Positions 8,883 through 17,014 of a stretch of DNA of 64,000 nucleotides are shown here, in pieces (position 1 is the stretch's first letter; every line of letters starts with the position of its first letter). Where the stretch lies: positions 72,865-136,864 of the forward strand of contig CAJTXM010000001.1 of the NCBI GenBank assembly GCA_910583545.1. The letters run 5' to 3'. This DNA comes from an uncultured Christensenella sp. Its GTDB lineage: Bacteria; Bacillota; Clostridia; Christensenellales; Borkfalkiaceae. The notes under the pieces are model-generated. The model worked only from the letters and a program-made list of their open reading frames with translations, was not told the DNA's origin and did no database searches. The position numbers and the translations under genes were made by a program.

Positions 8883-8917
8883 GGTCATCACTCAATAACG
8901 GGTGATGACCTTTTTTT
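8883..8917 (+). terminator. Rho-independent terminator closing the three-gene cassette
   Basis: 9-bp stem GGTCATCAC / GTGATGACC followed by a T7 run. Confidence 0.85.
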
Positions 8918-8924
8918 CGTTTTT

Positions 8925-9071
8925 AAGGTTGCAAATATTGATTTTTTAGGATGCGAAAATTAAAAAATTACTGCAATCTTAAAATGGCGTAAAATGGCTG
9001 TTTTTACCACAAAAAGTGCAAAATAGCGGCTATTTTACTTGCTTTCAGAGCCAAGGTTGCAAGAATACGGG
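8925..9071 (+). repeat. Motif cluster: AAGGTTGCAA (8925-8934 and 9053-9062), GTGCAAAAT (9016-9024), GCAAGAATACGGG (9059-9071)
   Basis: The same words recur at 16960-17014 and 19100-19155. GCAAGAATACGGG recurs at 9546-9558. All copies lie in non-coding DNA. Confidence 0.6.
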
Positions 9072-9085
9072 GGCAATACTTTCCG

Positions 9086-9412
9086 CTATTTCATTTGCTT
9101 AACCAAGGCTTCCAAAATGCTCTGGCTATCCGCTGAAAGGTTCTTCATCTGCGAAACGACATTTTCCATAGCTGCCGTGCGCTCTGCGTCCGTATTGAAG
9201 AACTCCCACAGCTTAATGCCGAGAGCGTCGCAGAGACAACACAGAGTTTGGAAACTCGGCATTGTCTTCCGCCTACGTGCTTGGTAGATGGAAGAAATGC
9301 TCGTTTCGGACATAAAGCTCAGCTGATTAAACGTGATGCCTTTCATCTCAAGCAAAAAGTCCAACCGCTGAAAGAACCGTGCAGACGTCCAAAATTCTAC
9401 GTTGCTTTCCAT
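9086..9412 (-). CDS. XRE-family helix-turn-helix transcriptional regulator
   Basis: Start moved to ATG at 9412, with GGAGGTG upstream. HTH_3 pattern GITFNQLSFMSETSISSIYQARRRKTMPSFQTLCCLCDALGIKLWEFF. It is divergent from the ATPase-recombinase operon. Confidence 0.8.
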   Translation of the reverse strand: MESNVEFWTSARFFQRLDFLLEMKGITFNQLSFMSETSISSIYQARRRKTMPSFQTLCCLCDALGIKLWEFFNTDAERTAAMENVVSQMKNLSADSQSILEALVKQMK

Positions 9413-9635
9413 ATGTAATACACCTCCTTTATAAAACTGCCACAATGGGAGAGTGGCTATAAAGAATATGTAGACAAAAACGAGTATTTCGCCAACCGTT
9501 TTTGGGGTGTTTTTTATAAAAAATTATACAAATGTCAGAAAATCGGCAAGAATACGGGCGTTTTTTTGACAAATGTATTCACGGGCAAAATGCGTTTAAT
9601 GTTAAAATAGATAGAGGCTGAAAATTGGAGGTCGT

Positions 9636-10628
9636 ATGGACGGCGTAAAGCAACCTTATTCAGTTAAATATTACAGAGAAGTAAAGGCTAAAAAGGTAGA
9701 ATGGTTGTGGTATCCGTATATCCCTTACGGCAAAATTACAATTATTCAAGGTGATCCAGGAGAAGGGAAATCCACGGTTGCTATTAACTTAGCATCCATC
9801 ATATCGAACGGCGAGGCTTTACCGCTTGAAAAAGAAAAAACCGATCCGAGAGCGGTCGTCTATCAGAATAGCGAAGACGGAAAGGAAGATACAATAGTAC
9901 CTCGCTTAATTGCTTGCGGTGCGGACTTGAATAAAGTTGCCTATATAGAAGAAGATGAAACGGCGTTAGAGCTTGGTGATGAACGGCTGTCAAAAGCAAT
10001 TGATGAAACAGGGGCAAGGGTGCTGATACTTGACCCAGTTCAAGCCTATTGGGGTGCAAACACCGATATGAATAGGGCTGGGGCAATTCGCCCGATTATG
10101 AATCAACTCGCACGAATGGCACAGCAAAAGAAGTGCGCTGTCATTATGATAGGACACATGACAAAAGGGAACGGAAAAGGATTATACCGTGGACTTGGCT
10201 CTATTGATATAGCCGCCGCAGCTCGAAGTGTGTTGCTGGTTGCAAGGCTGAAAAGTCAGCCCGAAATGCGAGTACTCGCTCATGTTAAAAGCAATCTTGC
10301 ACCGATAGGCGATTCGATTTTATTTTCTGTCGATGGGAAATCGTCTATTTCGTGGCTACGAAAAAGCAAGCTGACCGCTGAACAAATTTTGGATGAGTCC
10401 TATGAGGAATCAAACAGCAAGTTAGACCGCGCAGTAGCAATTATTAAAGAATGTATAAAAAACGGTGAATGCTCTGCCAATGAAGTTCTGCGCCAATGTG
10501 AAGACCAGGGTATTGCAAAGCGGACGGTTAATGAAGCTAAAGCAAGACTGAATATAGAATCAGTTAAGCGAAAGGGCGGCTGGTTTTGGATAGCTGGGGA
10601 AGACGAGGACTCGGACGATGACGACTAA
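9636..10628 (+). CDS. AAA_25 / RepA-RecA-like ATPase of mobile elements
   Basis: Walker A GDPGEGKST and Walker B RVLILDPV, then IMIGHMTKG..GLGSID, and an acidic C-terminus. Confidence 0.75.
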   Translation: MDGVKQPYSVKYYREVKAKKVEWLWYPYIPYGKITIIQGDPGEGKSTVAINLASIISNGEALPLEKEKTDPRAVVYQNSEDGKEDTIVPRLIACGADLNKVAYIEEDETALELGDERLSKAIDETGARVLILDPVQAYWGANTDMNRAGAIRPIMNQLARMAQQKKCAVIMIGHMTKGNGKGLYRGLGSIDIAAAARSVLLVARLKSQPEMRVLAHVKSNLAPIGDSILFSVDGKSSISWLRKSKLTAEQILDESYEESNSKLDRAVAIIKECIKNGECSANEVLRQCEDQGIAKRTVNEAKARLNIESVKRKGGWFWIAGEDEDSDDDD

Positions 10629-10639
10629 CGGAGGTATAA

Positions 10640-12475
10640 ATGGCAGTAAGCGATAATCGGGAACAGATACGGCAAGCATACAAAATCCATGAAGCCGATG
10701 CTCCGACAAAGATGATACCAGCGATGAAGAAAATGGACATCAATGATGATGCTCGGTCAATGAGGGTATGTGCCTATTGCCGTGTATCAACGGGAAACGA
10801 CGAGCAGTTGTCATCTTTTGTCCTTCAGCAGGAGCATTATACTCATCTTGCCAATACACACAAAAATTGGGATTTAAAACGTGTATATGCCGATGAGGGA
10901 ATTTCGGGTACGTCTTTAAAACACAGAGATAGTTTCAATGAAATGATAGAGGCTTGCCGCCGTGGTGAATATGACCTCATAGTTACAAAGAGTGTATCCC
11001 GTTTTGCAAGAAATATCGTTGACTGCCTTTCTCTTGTACGAGAACTAAAACGTTTAAATCCGCCAGTGGGTGTTTTGTTTGAAACCGACTCAATTTATAC
11101 GCTTTCGGAAGAATCCGAGTTGAAACTTGGACTTTTTGCAAACATAGCGCAAGCCGAGTCTGAAAAAAAGAGCGAGAGTATGAATTGGTCGCTGAATGAA
11201 CGGTTCAAACATAATAAACTGCTTACCCCAGAACTTTATGGATATAGACGACCGAAAGATATGCTCGGCAACTATATAAAGTACGGTATATTAGAAATTG
11301 AAGAATCGGAAGCGGTTGTCGTGCGATTTATTTTCGACGCATTTTTGGCTGGGTTTACTCTTGACCGTATTGCTGAAATGCTTACGGAAATGCAGATAAA
11401 AACCAAACTCGGCAATACGAATTGGAATGCGGGGTCGCTTGCATATATCGTGCGCAATGAACGGTATTGCGGAAGTGTTCTTACGTGGAAGACCTTCACG
11501 GCGGACATTTTTGAACATAAGAAGAAAAAGAACAGAAATAACCGTGACCAATGCTATTACGAAAATCATCACCCGGCGATTATACCTGTTGAAATCTTCG
11601 AAGCGGCACAAACGCTGATATACAATAGACGCCACGGAATGCGGGGCGGTCTGCACGTGATGCAAGTCATAGACGACGGGGTATTTCAGGGATATGTGCC
11701 TATCAATCATCATTGGGCGAATGACGATCCAAATGCATACTATAACGCATCGGACAGCGTTGAGGGGCGAAGAACAGAGCGTAGGGTGCGTAGGTCAGCA
11801 TTTAGTGCATTTGATTTAACGGGATATCAAGTGGTCCGGGGGCAGTTTTTAACCGCACGTTCAGAGCTTCCGTGTATGACGATATCAAATGAAAAGATAC
11901 TGTTCAATACGGCTTGCGGAAAAAAATTGCAAGACTATTCCTATATCCAATTACTACTGCATCCAACCGAAAGAAAAATGGCGATACGACCGTGTGATAG
12001 GGACGACGCTTTCAGTATTTCTTGGCGAAGGCAGAAGACGGGACAGCCGATATTAATAAAGATACTCTCGTGTCCATTCTTTATCAAGGCGCTTATGCAA
12101 ATAATGGACTGGAATCCTGAATTTAATTATAGGATTTTGGGGACGTGGATAGAGAAGGGCGCAGACTGCATAATGGTCTTTAATCTTACAAAAGCAATGC
12201 CGATTGCCGAGATTGTGAATGAAGAAGAACAAGAGTCAATTCGGAAGCGGCGGATGGCAGTATGTCCCGAGGAATGGGAAGAATCGTTTGGCGATGAGTT
12301 CTATGAATTCAGTATGGACAACGAATTATATTATTTGAAGTCCGTTCCGAATCTTCGAAGCGGAATTAAATGCAGAGATGTAGACGGACAGCAGCAAATT
12401 TCGCTACTGTCGCATGCGGAAGTGTTAGAAAGTGCAGCAAAAATTAAAATGGGAGTAACGGGTACAGATGAGTAA
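10640..12475 (+). CDS. Large serine recombinase with an atypical C-terminal domain
   Basis: VCAYCRVSTGNDEQLSSFVLQQEHY...DEGISG...VTKSVSRFARN. From about residue 391 (FDLTGYQVV...) it carries a copy of the domain encoded by the next three ORFs. Confidence 0.9.
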   Translation: MAVSDNREQIRQAYKIHEADAPTKMIPAMKKMDINDDARSMRVCAYCRVSTGNDEQLSSFVLQQEHYTHLANTHKNWDLKRVYADEGISGTSLKHRDSFNEMIEACRRGEYDLIVTKSVSRFARNIVDCLSLVRELKRLNPPVGVLFETDSIYTLSEESELKLGLFANIAQAESEKKSESMNWSLNERFKHNKLLTPELYGYRRPKDMLGNYIKYGILEIEESEAVVVRFIFDAFLAGFTLDRIAEMLTEMQIKTKLGNTNWNAGSLAYIVRNERYCGSVLTWKTFTADIFEHKKKKNRNNRDQCYYENHHPAIIPVEIFEAAQTLIYNRRHGMRGGLHVMQVIDDGVFQGYVPINHHWANDDPNAYYNASDSVEGRRTERRVRRSAFSAFDLTGYQVVRGQFLTARSELPCMTISNEKILFNTACGKKLQDYSYIQLLLHPTERKMAIRPCDRDDAFSISWRRQKTGQPILIKILSCPFFIKALMQIMDWNPEFNYRILGTWIEKGADCIMVFNLTKAMPIAEIVNEEEQESIRKRRMAVCPEEWEESFGDEFYEFSMDNELYYLKSVPNLRSGIKCRDVDGQQQISLLSHAEVLESAAKIKMGVTGTDE

Positions 12476-13067
12476 TAACGACGAGTATATCCAGGAATTG
12501 ATTGAAGGTGAGGAAACCGAAACGGTCAACCTTGCAGGGTTTCAGGTAGCAAAAGCTGAACTCTTTGCACATACGCGAGAGCCTGCCATAACGGTCTGGG
12601 ATAATAAAATCAAATTCAATATGGCATGTCTTAGGCGATTTCCAGGCATTACACACATTCAACTGTTGATACACCCCGAGGAAAAACGGTTGATAGTTCG
12701 TCCGTGCGATGCAGATGCCCCGGATTCATTAAGGTGGGCAAGCGGCGGCGGAGAAAAGGAAATTAAGACCAGGGATATGATATGCCAGATATTTGCCGCC
12801 AAGCTGTTTGAACTCATGGGCTGGGATAAGCAATATAGATATAAGATGCTCGGCAAACCTGCGGTTTATCACGATGAAGGGTTATACTTATTCAAATTAA
12901 ATGATTTTGAATTATTCGTAGGTACGGGGACGAAACGAAAGCGGTCATATTTGCCTGCGGATTGGCGGGAATGCTTCGGTGTACCAATAGAGCAGCACGA
13001 AGAGCAATATAAAATCGATTTAGCAGAAGGCTACGTTTCGACAAATAAAGTAGGAGAAATAAAATAA
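12468..13067 (+). CDS. Unknown protein, paralogue 1 of the recombinase C-terminal domain
   Basis: VNLAGFQVAKAELF...HIQLLIHPEEKRLIVRPCD...GWDKQYRYKMLG aligns with the recombinase tail. The start overlaps the recombinase stop (ATGAGTAA). Confidence 0.75.
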   Translation: MSNNDEYIQELIEGEETETVNLAGFQVAKAELFAHTREPAITVWDNKIKFNMACLRRFPGITHIQLLIHPEEKRLIVRPCDADAPDSLRWASGGGEKEIKTRDMICQIFAAKLFELMGWDKQYRYKMLGKPAVYHDEGLYLFKLNDFELFVGTGTKRKRSYLPADWRECFGVPIEQHEEQYKIDLAEGYVSTNKVGEIK

Positions 13068-13498
13068 TGGATAGCTTAATGACAGAGATAGACTTGGAAG
13101 GATTCCAAGTAGTAAACAGCCAATATTTCAGTACGATATCAGCACCGCAAATGACAATATGGTGCGATTCGGTTTCATTTAGCCAAGCTGCATATGCGGC
13201 ACTCAATAATTGCGAAGCAATATCGATAATGCTTAATAAGGATAAGAAGTGTATTCTTATTTCGCCTGTTCAGACCTCCAATCCTAATGCGATAGTTTGG
13301 CGAAAGGGTAAGAGCGTAACTAAGTATTGCAAAATTAGCTGTACCACATTCGCTCGAAAGCTCTTTGATGACTGGGGGCTAAATGATGATTATCGTTATA
13401 GAACCATCGGTCGATTGGTACAGTCCGATAGAAAAGTAATGGTATTATTTGATTTTACTCAATCAGAAAAATGGAAAGGCGATAAAGCGGTAAAATGA
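13067..13498 (+). CDS. Unknown protein, paralogue 2
   Basis: IDLEGFQVVNSQYF...AISIMLNKDKKCILISPVQ...GLNDDYRYRTIG. TAATG start/stop overlap. Confidence 0.75.
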   Translation: MDSLMTEIDLEGFQVVNSQYFSTISAPQMTIWCDSVSFSQAAYAALNNCEAISIMLNKDKKCILISPVQTSNPNAIVWRKGKSVTKYCKISCTTFARKLFDDWGLNDDYRYRTIGRLVQSDRKVMVLFDFTQSEKWKGDKAVK

Positions 13499-13499
13499 G

Positions 13500-13862
13500 A
13501 TGGCAGAATCAACCTATATTTCTTTTTACAGTAAGACAGGCTGTATTCGAATCTTTAAAGCATCTGTAAGAGCAATAGGACTTCCAAGATTTATTCGATT
13601 CCGCATAAACGAAGATGCGACATCGCTTTTATTAGAACCATTCGATAGAATATCTTTGACATCATTCCGTGTGCCAGCGAATCTAAATGAGGAGGAGGGC
13701 AATATGGAAGTGTACAGCAAAGGATTTATTCACGGGCTTTCACAGCGTTTGGGCTGGGAAAGAGGTCGGTCATATCGTGTCCCCGGAAAGGTTCTGCCAC
13801 AGCAAAACATTGTGTTGTACGATTTGACTCAAGCGCAAGAAATACCTAACGACGGAGTTTAA
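13500..13862 (+). CDS. Unknown protein, divergent paralogue 3
   Basis: FIRFRINEDATSLLLEPFD...LGWERGRSYRVPG keeps the central and C-terminal motifs. It starts 2 nt after the upstream stop. Confidence 0.65.
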   Translation: MAESTYISFYSKTGCIRIFKASVRAIGLPRFIRFRINEDATSLLLEPFDRISLTSFRVPANLNEEEGNMEVYSKGFIHGLSQRLGWERGRSYRVPGKVLPQQNIVLYDLTQAQEIPNDGV

Positions 13863-13873
13863 TGTTAAAAATA

Positions 13874-13900
13874 GAGCTGTTGCAAAAAACGCAACAGCTC
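13874..13900 (+). terminator. Hairpin after the recombinase operon (weak terminator)
   Basis: 10-bp stem GAGCTGTTGC / GCAACAGCTC with a 7-nt loop. There is no clean T-run. Confidence 0.4.
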
Positions 13901-13932
13901 AACTTGGTTTAGGAGAACATAAGGAGATATTT

Positions 13933-15201
13933 ATGGAAAAGAAAATCACGGCTCCACAGATGTTTGCTTTGGAGCATAATTATTTAAGCATAGGGCAAAA
14001 GTGCATATTAAATGATGAGTCGGCTGGGTTGTTGAATACCTTACTTGATAAGCTGGCTAAACTTCAATGGAATAATGAAACCGAAAGGTGGCGGTTTTGG
14101 GTGTCAGTGCCAAGGGGAACTATCGAAGACTTTGATTATGCAGACCTGCATGAAAGAGAGGAATATGAAACAGACGACGAATATGAGAAGGCTTGGAAAG
14201 AATGGTTTCCAAATGATGAGTATTGGTACGAAATAACGGTTGCCGCTGCAAACGGTTATGCCGTTATTGTCGTTAATAATTCTATAGTGCTAAATGTAGA
14301 TCCTAATACCGAATCGTGGAATAAAAAAGATTATACGGATTTTTTGCAATTCCTAATTGATGAGGTTGATAACATTATCAAATTGCTGAAAGACGGCTCG
14401 TATGCGGAGAAAATCAAGTCAAGCATCCCTATTGAATATCGAATGGGAATCATTAAGCGCAATGCTTTATGGTCAATCAGCCCGGAATGCATGAAACATG
14501 ACTTGAGCGATTTAACCGAACAAGAAATAGATTGCTTCATCAATAATGTAGAACAGGACAAATCGGTAATTGATAAGACTTGGCGCATACAGGATTTGAC
14601 GGCTAAGATATATTACGATGCTTGTGCCGTATGCTATCGTGCTGCAAGGCTTAAGGGATTAGAAGGTAAAACTGCTAAAGAACAATATGGCAGATATGCC
14701 GATGATAGAGATGGTGGGTTGACAACAATAGAGGATACCTCTGTCGATGCCTTTGAAAAGTGGTTTAATCTGAGCGATTCGGAAAAATGGAAAATACAGA
14801 ACCCGAGCCATATGTGGGAGATTTGCCAAGGCAGCAGTTATACGCGGATACATTTATATGTCAATAAAGATGATGCTGGCTACTACTTAGGCTTAGCTGG
14901 CGGAGTGCATTGCAGGACAGAAGAAATTGTGCGTATGTATAATGCGTTAAGGAAAGCTGGTTTCCCTGTACGCATGTTTAGCCATCAACTGATTGCAAAA
15001 GCAATAAGCGGTGTGGATTATATAGGAATTGTTCCCTGCACCGACACGCCGTCGCAGTATTGGTACGGTGGGTTTCCGCTGAAGGAGGTTATATCATTTA
15101 TTAACCTTACAGATGAAGTATTTTCAGAGGAAATGATACAGCGGATAACAGAACAAGCTGAGTGGCTTGAAATGTCGTTGCTAACGCAAATTGACGGGTA
15201 A
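13933..15201 (+). CDS. Acidic 422-aa protein, unknown function
   Basis: AAGGAGA RBS and a long uninterrupted ORF. I recognise no motif. Confidence 0.7.
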   Translation: MEKKITAPQMFALEHNYLSIGQKCILNDESAGLLNTLLDKLAKLQWNNETERWRFWVSVPRGTIEDFDYADLHEREEYETDDEYEKAWKEWFPNDEYWYEITVAAANGYAVIVVNNSIVLNVDPNTESWNKKDYTDFLQFLIDEVDNIIKLLKDGSYAEKIKSSIPIEYRMGIIKRNALWSISPECMKHDLSDLTEQEIDCFINNVEQDKSVIDKTWRIQDLTAKIYYDACAVCYRAARLKGLEGKTAKEQYGRYADDRDGGLTTIEDTSVDAFEKWFNLSDSEKWKIQNPSHMWEICQGSSYTRIHLYVNKDDAGYYLGLAGGVHCRTEEIVRMYNALRKAGFPVRMFSHQLIAKAISGVDYIGIVPCTDTPSQYWYGGFPLKEVISFINLTDEVFSEEMIQRITEQAEWLEMSLLTQIDG

Positions 15202-15205
15202 GAGT

Positions 15206-15481
15206 ATGTCTAGGGAAATACTTTCTAAAAGAAATGACTTAGCTAAAATTATAATCGCCGATTGTAAGCCCAAAATTGCGGACGTGTGCCACTTGTTGGA
15301 AAGAAGCGAGAGCGTGGACGAGAAAGAGATTGAAAGGCTTTTAGACGGCTTGTTGGACTATGGTTACGACAATGAAGTAATCGAACTTTTCAACCAGCTA
15401 TGTCATACGGCAGAGGCAAGATATCCGCAACTCGTAAAGGACTACACTCGTTATTTTGCGAATCAATGGGCGGAAGACTAG
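15206..15481 (+). CDS. 91-aa protein, unknown function
   Basis: ATG 15206 lies 5 nt after the upstream stop. MSREILSKRNDLAKIIIADCK... Confidence 0.55.
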   Translation: MSREILSKRNDLAKIIIADCKPKIADVCHLLERSESVDEKEIERLLDGLLDYGYDNEVIELFNQLCHTAEARYPQLVKDYTRYFANQWAED

Positions 15482-15549
15482 GTGCAACTATTGCCTTTTT
15501 ATGGAAAATCTGTTATAATAAGTATATCTCGAAAGAAGAGGATGCGGCT

Positions 15550-16953
15550 ATGGCAGAGGAAATAAAACCGTTAATTGTTGCGCTTGATACAAATGTCTTT
15601 GACAATGCAAATTATTTTTATAGTGGGTTGGATTTAGGCATACTCAAACAATATATCGATGATGGGGTTATAGGTGAACTGATAATTAGTGATGTCGTAG
15701 TCAGAGAGTGCAAAAGACACCTATCTGAAAGTGCTGAAAACTTGGTGGAGGATTTTGCCGCCAAGTTTGATTCGCTTGAATGGAAAAGAGCATCCACCAT
15801 TGGTGCATTACCATCTGTCCCCGAAATAATTGATAAAGAAGCGATAACTGCTGGGCTAATGAAGATGTATGATGAATACCTCGTTGCTACACACGCAAAA
15901 ATTGTAGACAGCAAAAGTGTCAACATCGAAAACGTTATTTCAGATTATTTTAACGAAGTGCCTCCTTTTAAGGGAGGTAAGAAAAATGGCAAAAAGAAAG
16001 ACCATAAGAAATATGAGTTCCCCGATGCAATAATTATCGCTCGTCTAAAACAGATTGCTGAGGAAAGCGGAGAGTTGCGTGTAGTTAGTGATGACCCTGA
16101 TTGGAAAGCGGCATTTTGGGGCAATGATAAGGTAAAATTCTATAAAGAAATAAAGGAATTATTCTCCGACATTACCTTGGAAGAAAAGCTAGGGGCTAAG
16201 GCTATAAAGTATTTTAACGATCATCAAGCACAGTTTAACAACCGTATTGAGCAAATGTTGAGGATGAAACCAGTAGAAGTGTTTGCGCAAGTTCGTGATA
16301 GGCATGGTGATGACCGTAGGGAAGCGTATGACAATTTTGACATCCTAAATATTGGTGTTTCTTCTAAAATAGCGAATGTGGATTATGTTGGGAAATTGAC
16401 AGTTATTATTACTGCAACCGCATTTGCTTTGGTTGAATTAGAAGGGATGTTTTATAATGAGGTTGTTCCTGATGACATACCAAGGTGGGGCGATGAGAGT
16501 GCCGAGCCGTATTATTATGAGATGACTGGCTTATGTAAAGAGTTCCATGAAATTAAGTTTCCAGTTCAGGTAACTTTTATAATAAAAGAAGAAAACATAG
16601 ACCGCATGGTAAAAGCTGATCCACTGTTGCCGAGAAAAATTGTCCTGGATGAAGCTACAGTCGCTGATAGAAGATTCATTGATACTGAAGGGTTTTATAC
16701 CTATAAAAAAGAATATCAATGTGAGTGCGGACACAAATTCATTGTTGATTTAATGGAACAGGTCGACACTACATCTCCTGATGGTGAACGCAATATGGGA
16801 AGTGAGCTGGATCACTTTGTTTTTTGTGAGGATAAATGTCCTAATTGCGGAAGGAAATATCGTATATGCGGTGATGTGTATGAATACCCCATTGGGACGT
16901 TATCTCTTGACCAAACCAAAATCGAATGGAAAAACAGTAAGGAGAATAAATAG
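15550..16953 (+). CDS. PIN_12 (DUF4935)-like predicted nuclease with a C-terminal zinc ribbon
   Basis: Start moved to ATG 15550. LIVALDTNVFDN, then EFPDAIIIA and LRVVSDDPDW give the acidic-residue layout of PIN-like domains. The C-terminus has CECGHKF...CPNCGRKYRIC. Confidence 0.7.
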   Translation: MAEEIKPLIVALDTNVFDNANYFYSGLDLGILKQYIDDGVIGELIISDVVVRECKRHLSESAENLVEDFAAKFDSLEWKRASTIGALPSVPEIIDKEAITAGLMKMYDEYLVATHAKIVDSKSVNIENVISDYFNEVPPFKGGKKNGKKKDHKKYEFPDAIIIARLKQIAEESGELRVVSDDPDWKAAFWGNDKVKFYKEIKELFSDITLEEKLGAKAIKYFNDHQAQFNNRIEQMLRMKPVEVFAQVRDRHGDDRREAYDNFDILNIGVSSKIANVDYVGKLTVIITATAFALVELEGMFYNEVVPDDIPRWGDESAEPYYYEMTGLCKEFHEIKFPVQVTFIIKEENIDRMVKADPLLPRKIVLDEATVADRRFIDTEGFYTYKKEYQCECGHKFIVDLMEQVDTTSPDGERNMGSELDHFVFCEDKCPNCGRKYRICGDVYEYPIGTLSLDQTKIEWKNSKENK

Positions 16954-16959
16954 CACCCC

Positions 16960-17014
16960 TGCAACCTTGCAAGAATTTTGCACGATTGCAAGGTTGCAAA
17001 AGGAAGTGCAAAAT
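16960..17014 (+). promoter_or_regulatory. Interleaved inverted repeats between the PIN gene and the phosphoesterase gene
   Basis: IR1 is TGCAACCTTGCAA (16960-16972) / TTGCAAGGTTGCA (16986-16998), 13 bp perfect. IR2 is ATTTTGCAC (16975-16983) / GTGCAAAAT (17006-17014) and overlaps the ATG at 17013. Confidence 0.6.

Noticed and set aside
5694-9638. Identical 13-mer TGGAGGTCGTATG at the starts of genes 5704 and 9636
   Set aside because: It consists of an RBS plus a start codon, and a single 13-nt match in 64 kb is within chance expectation.
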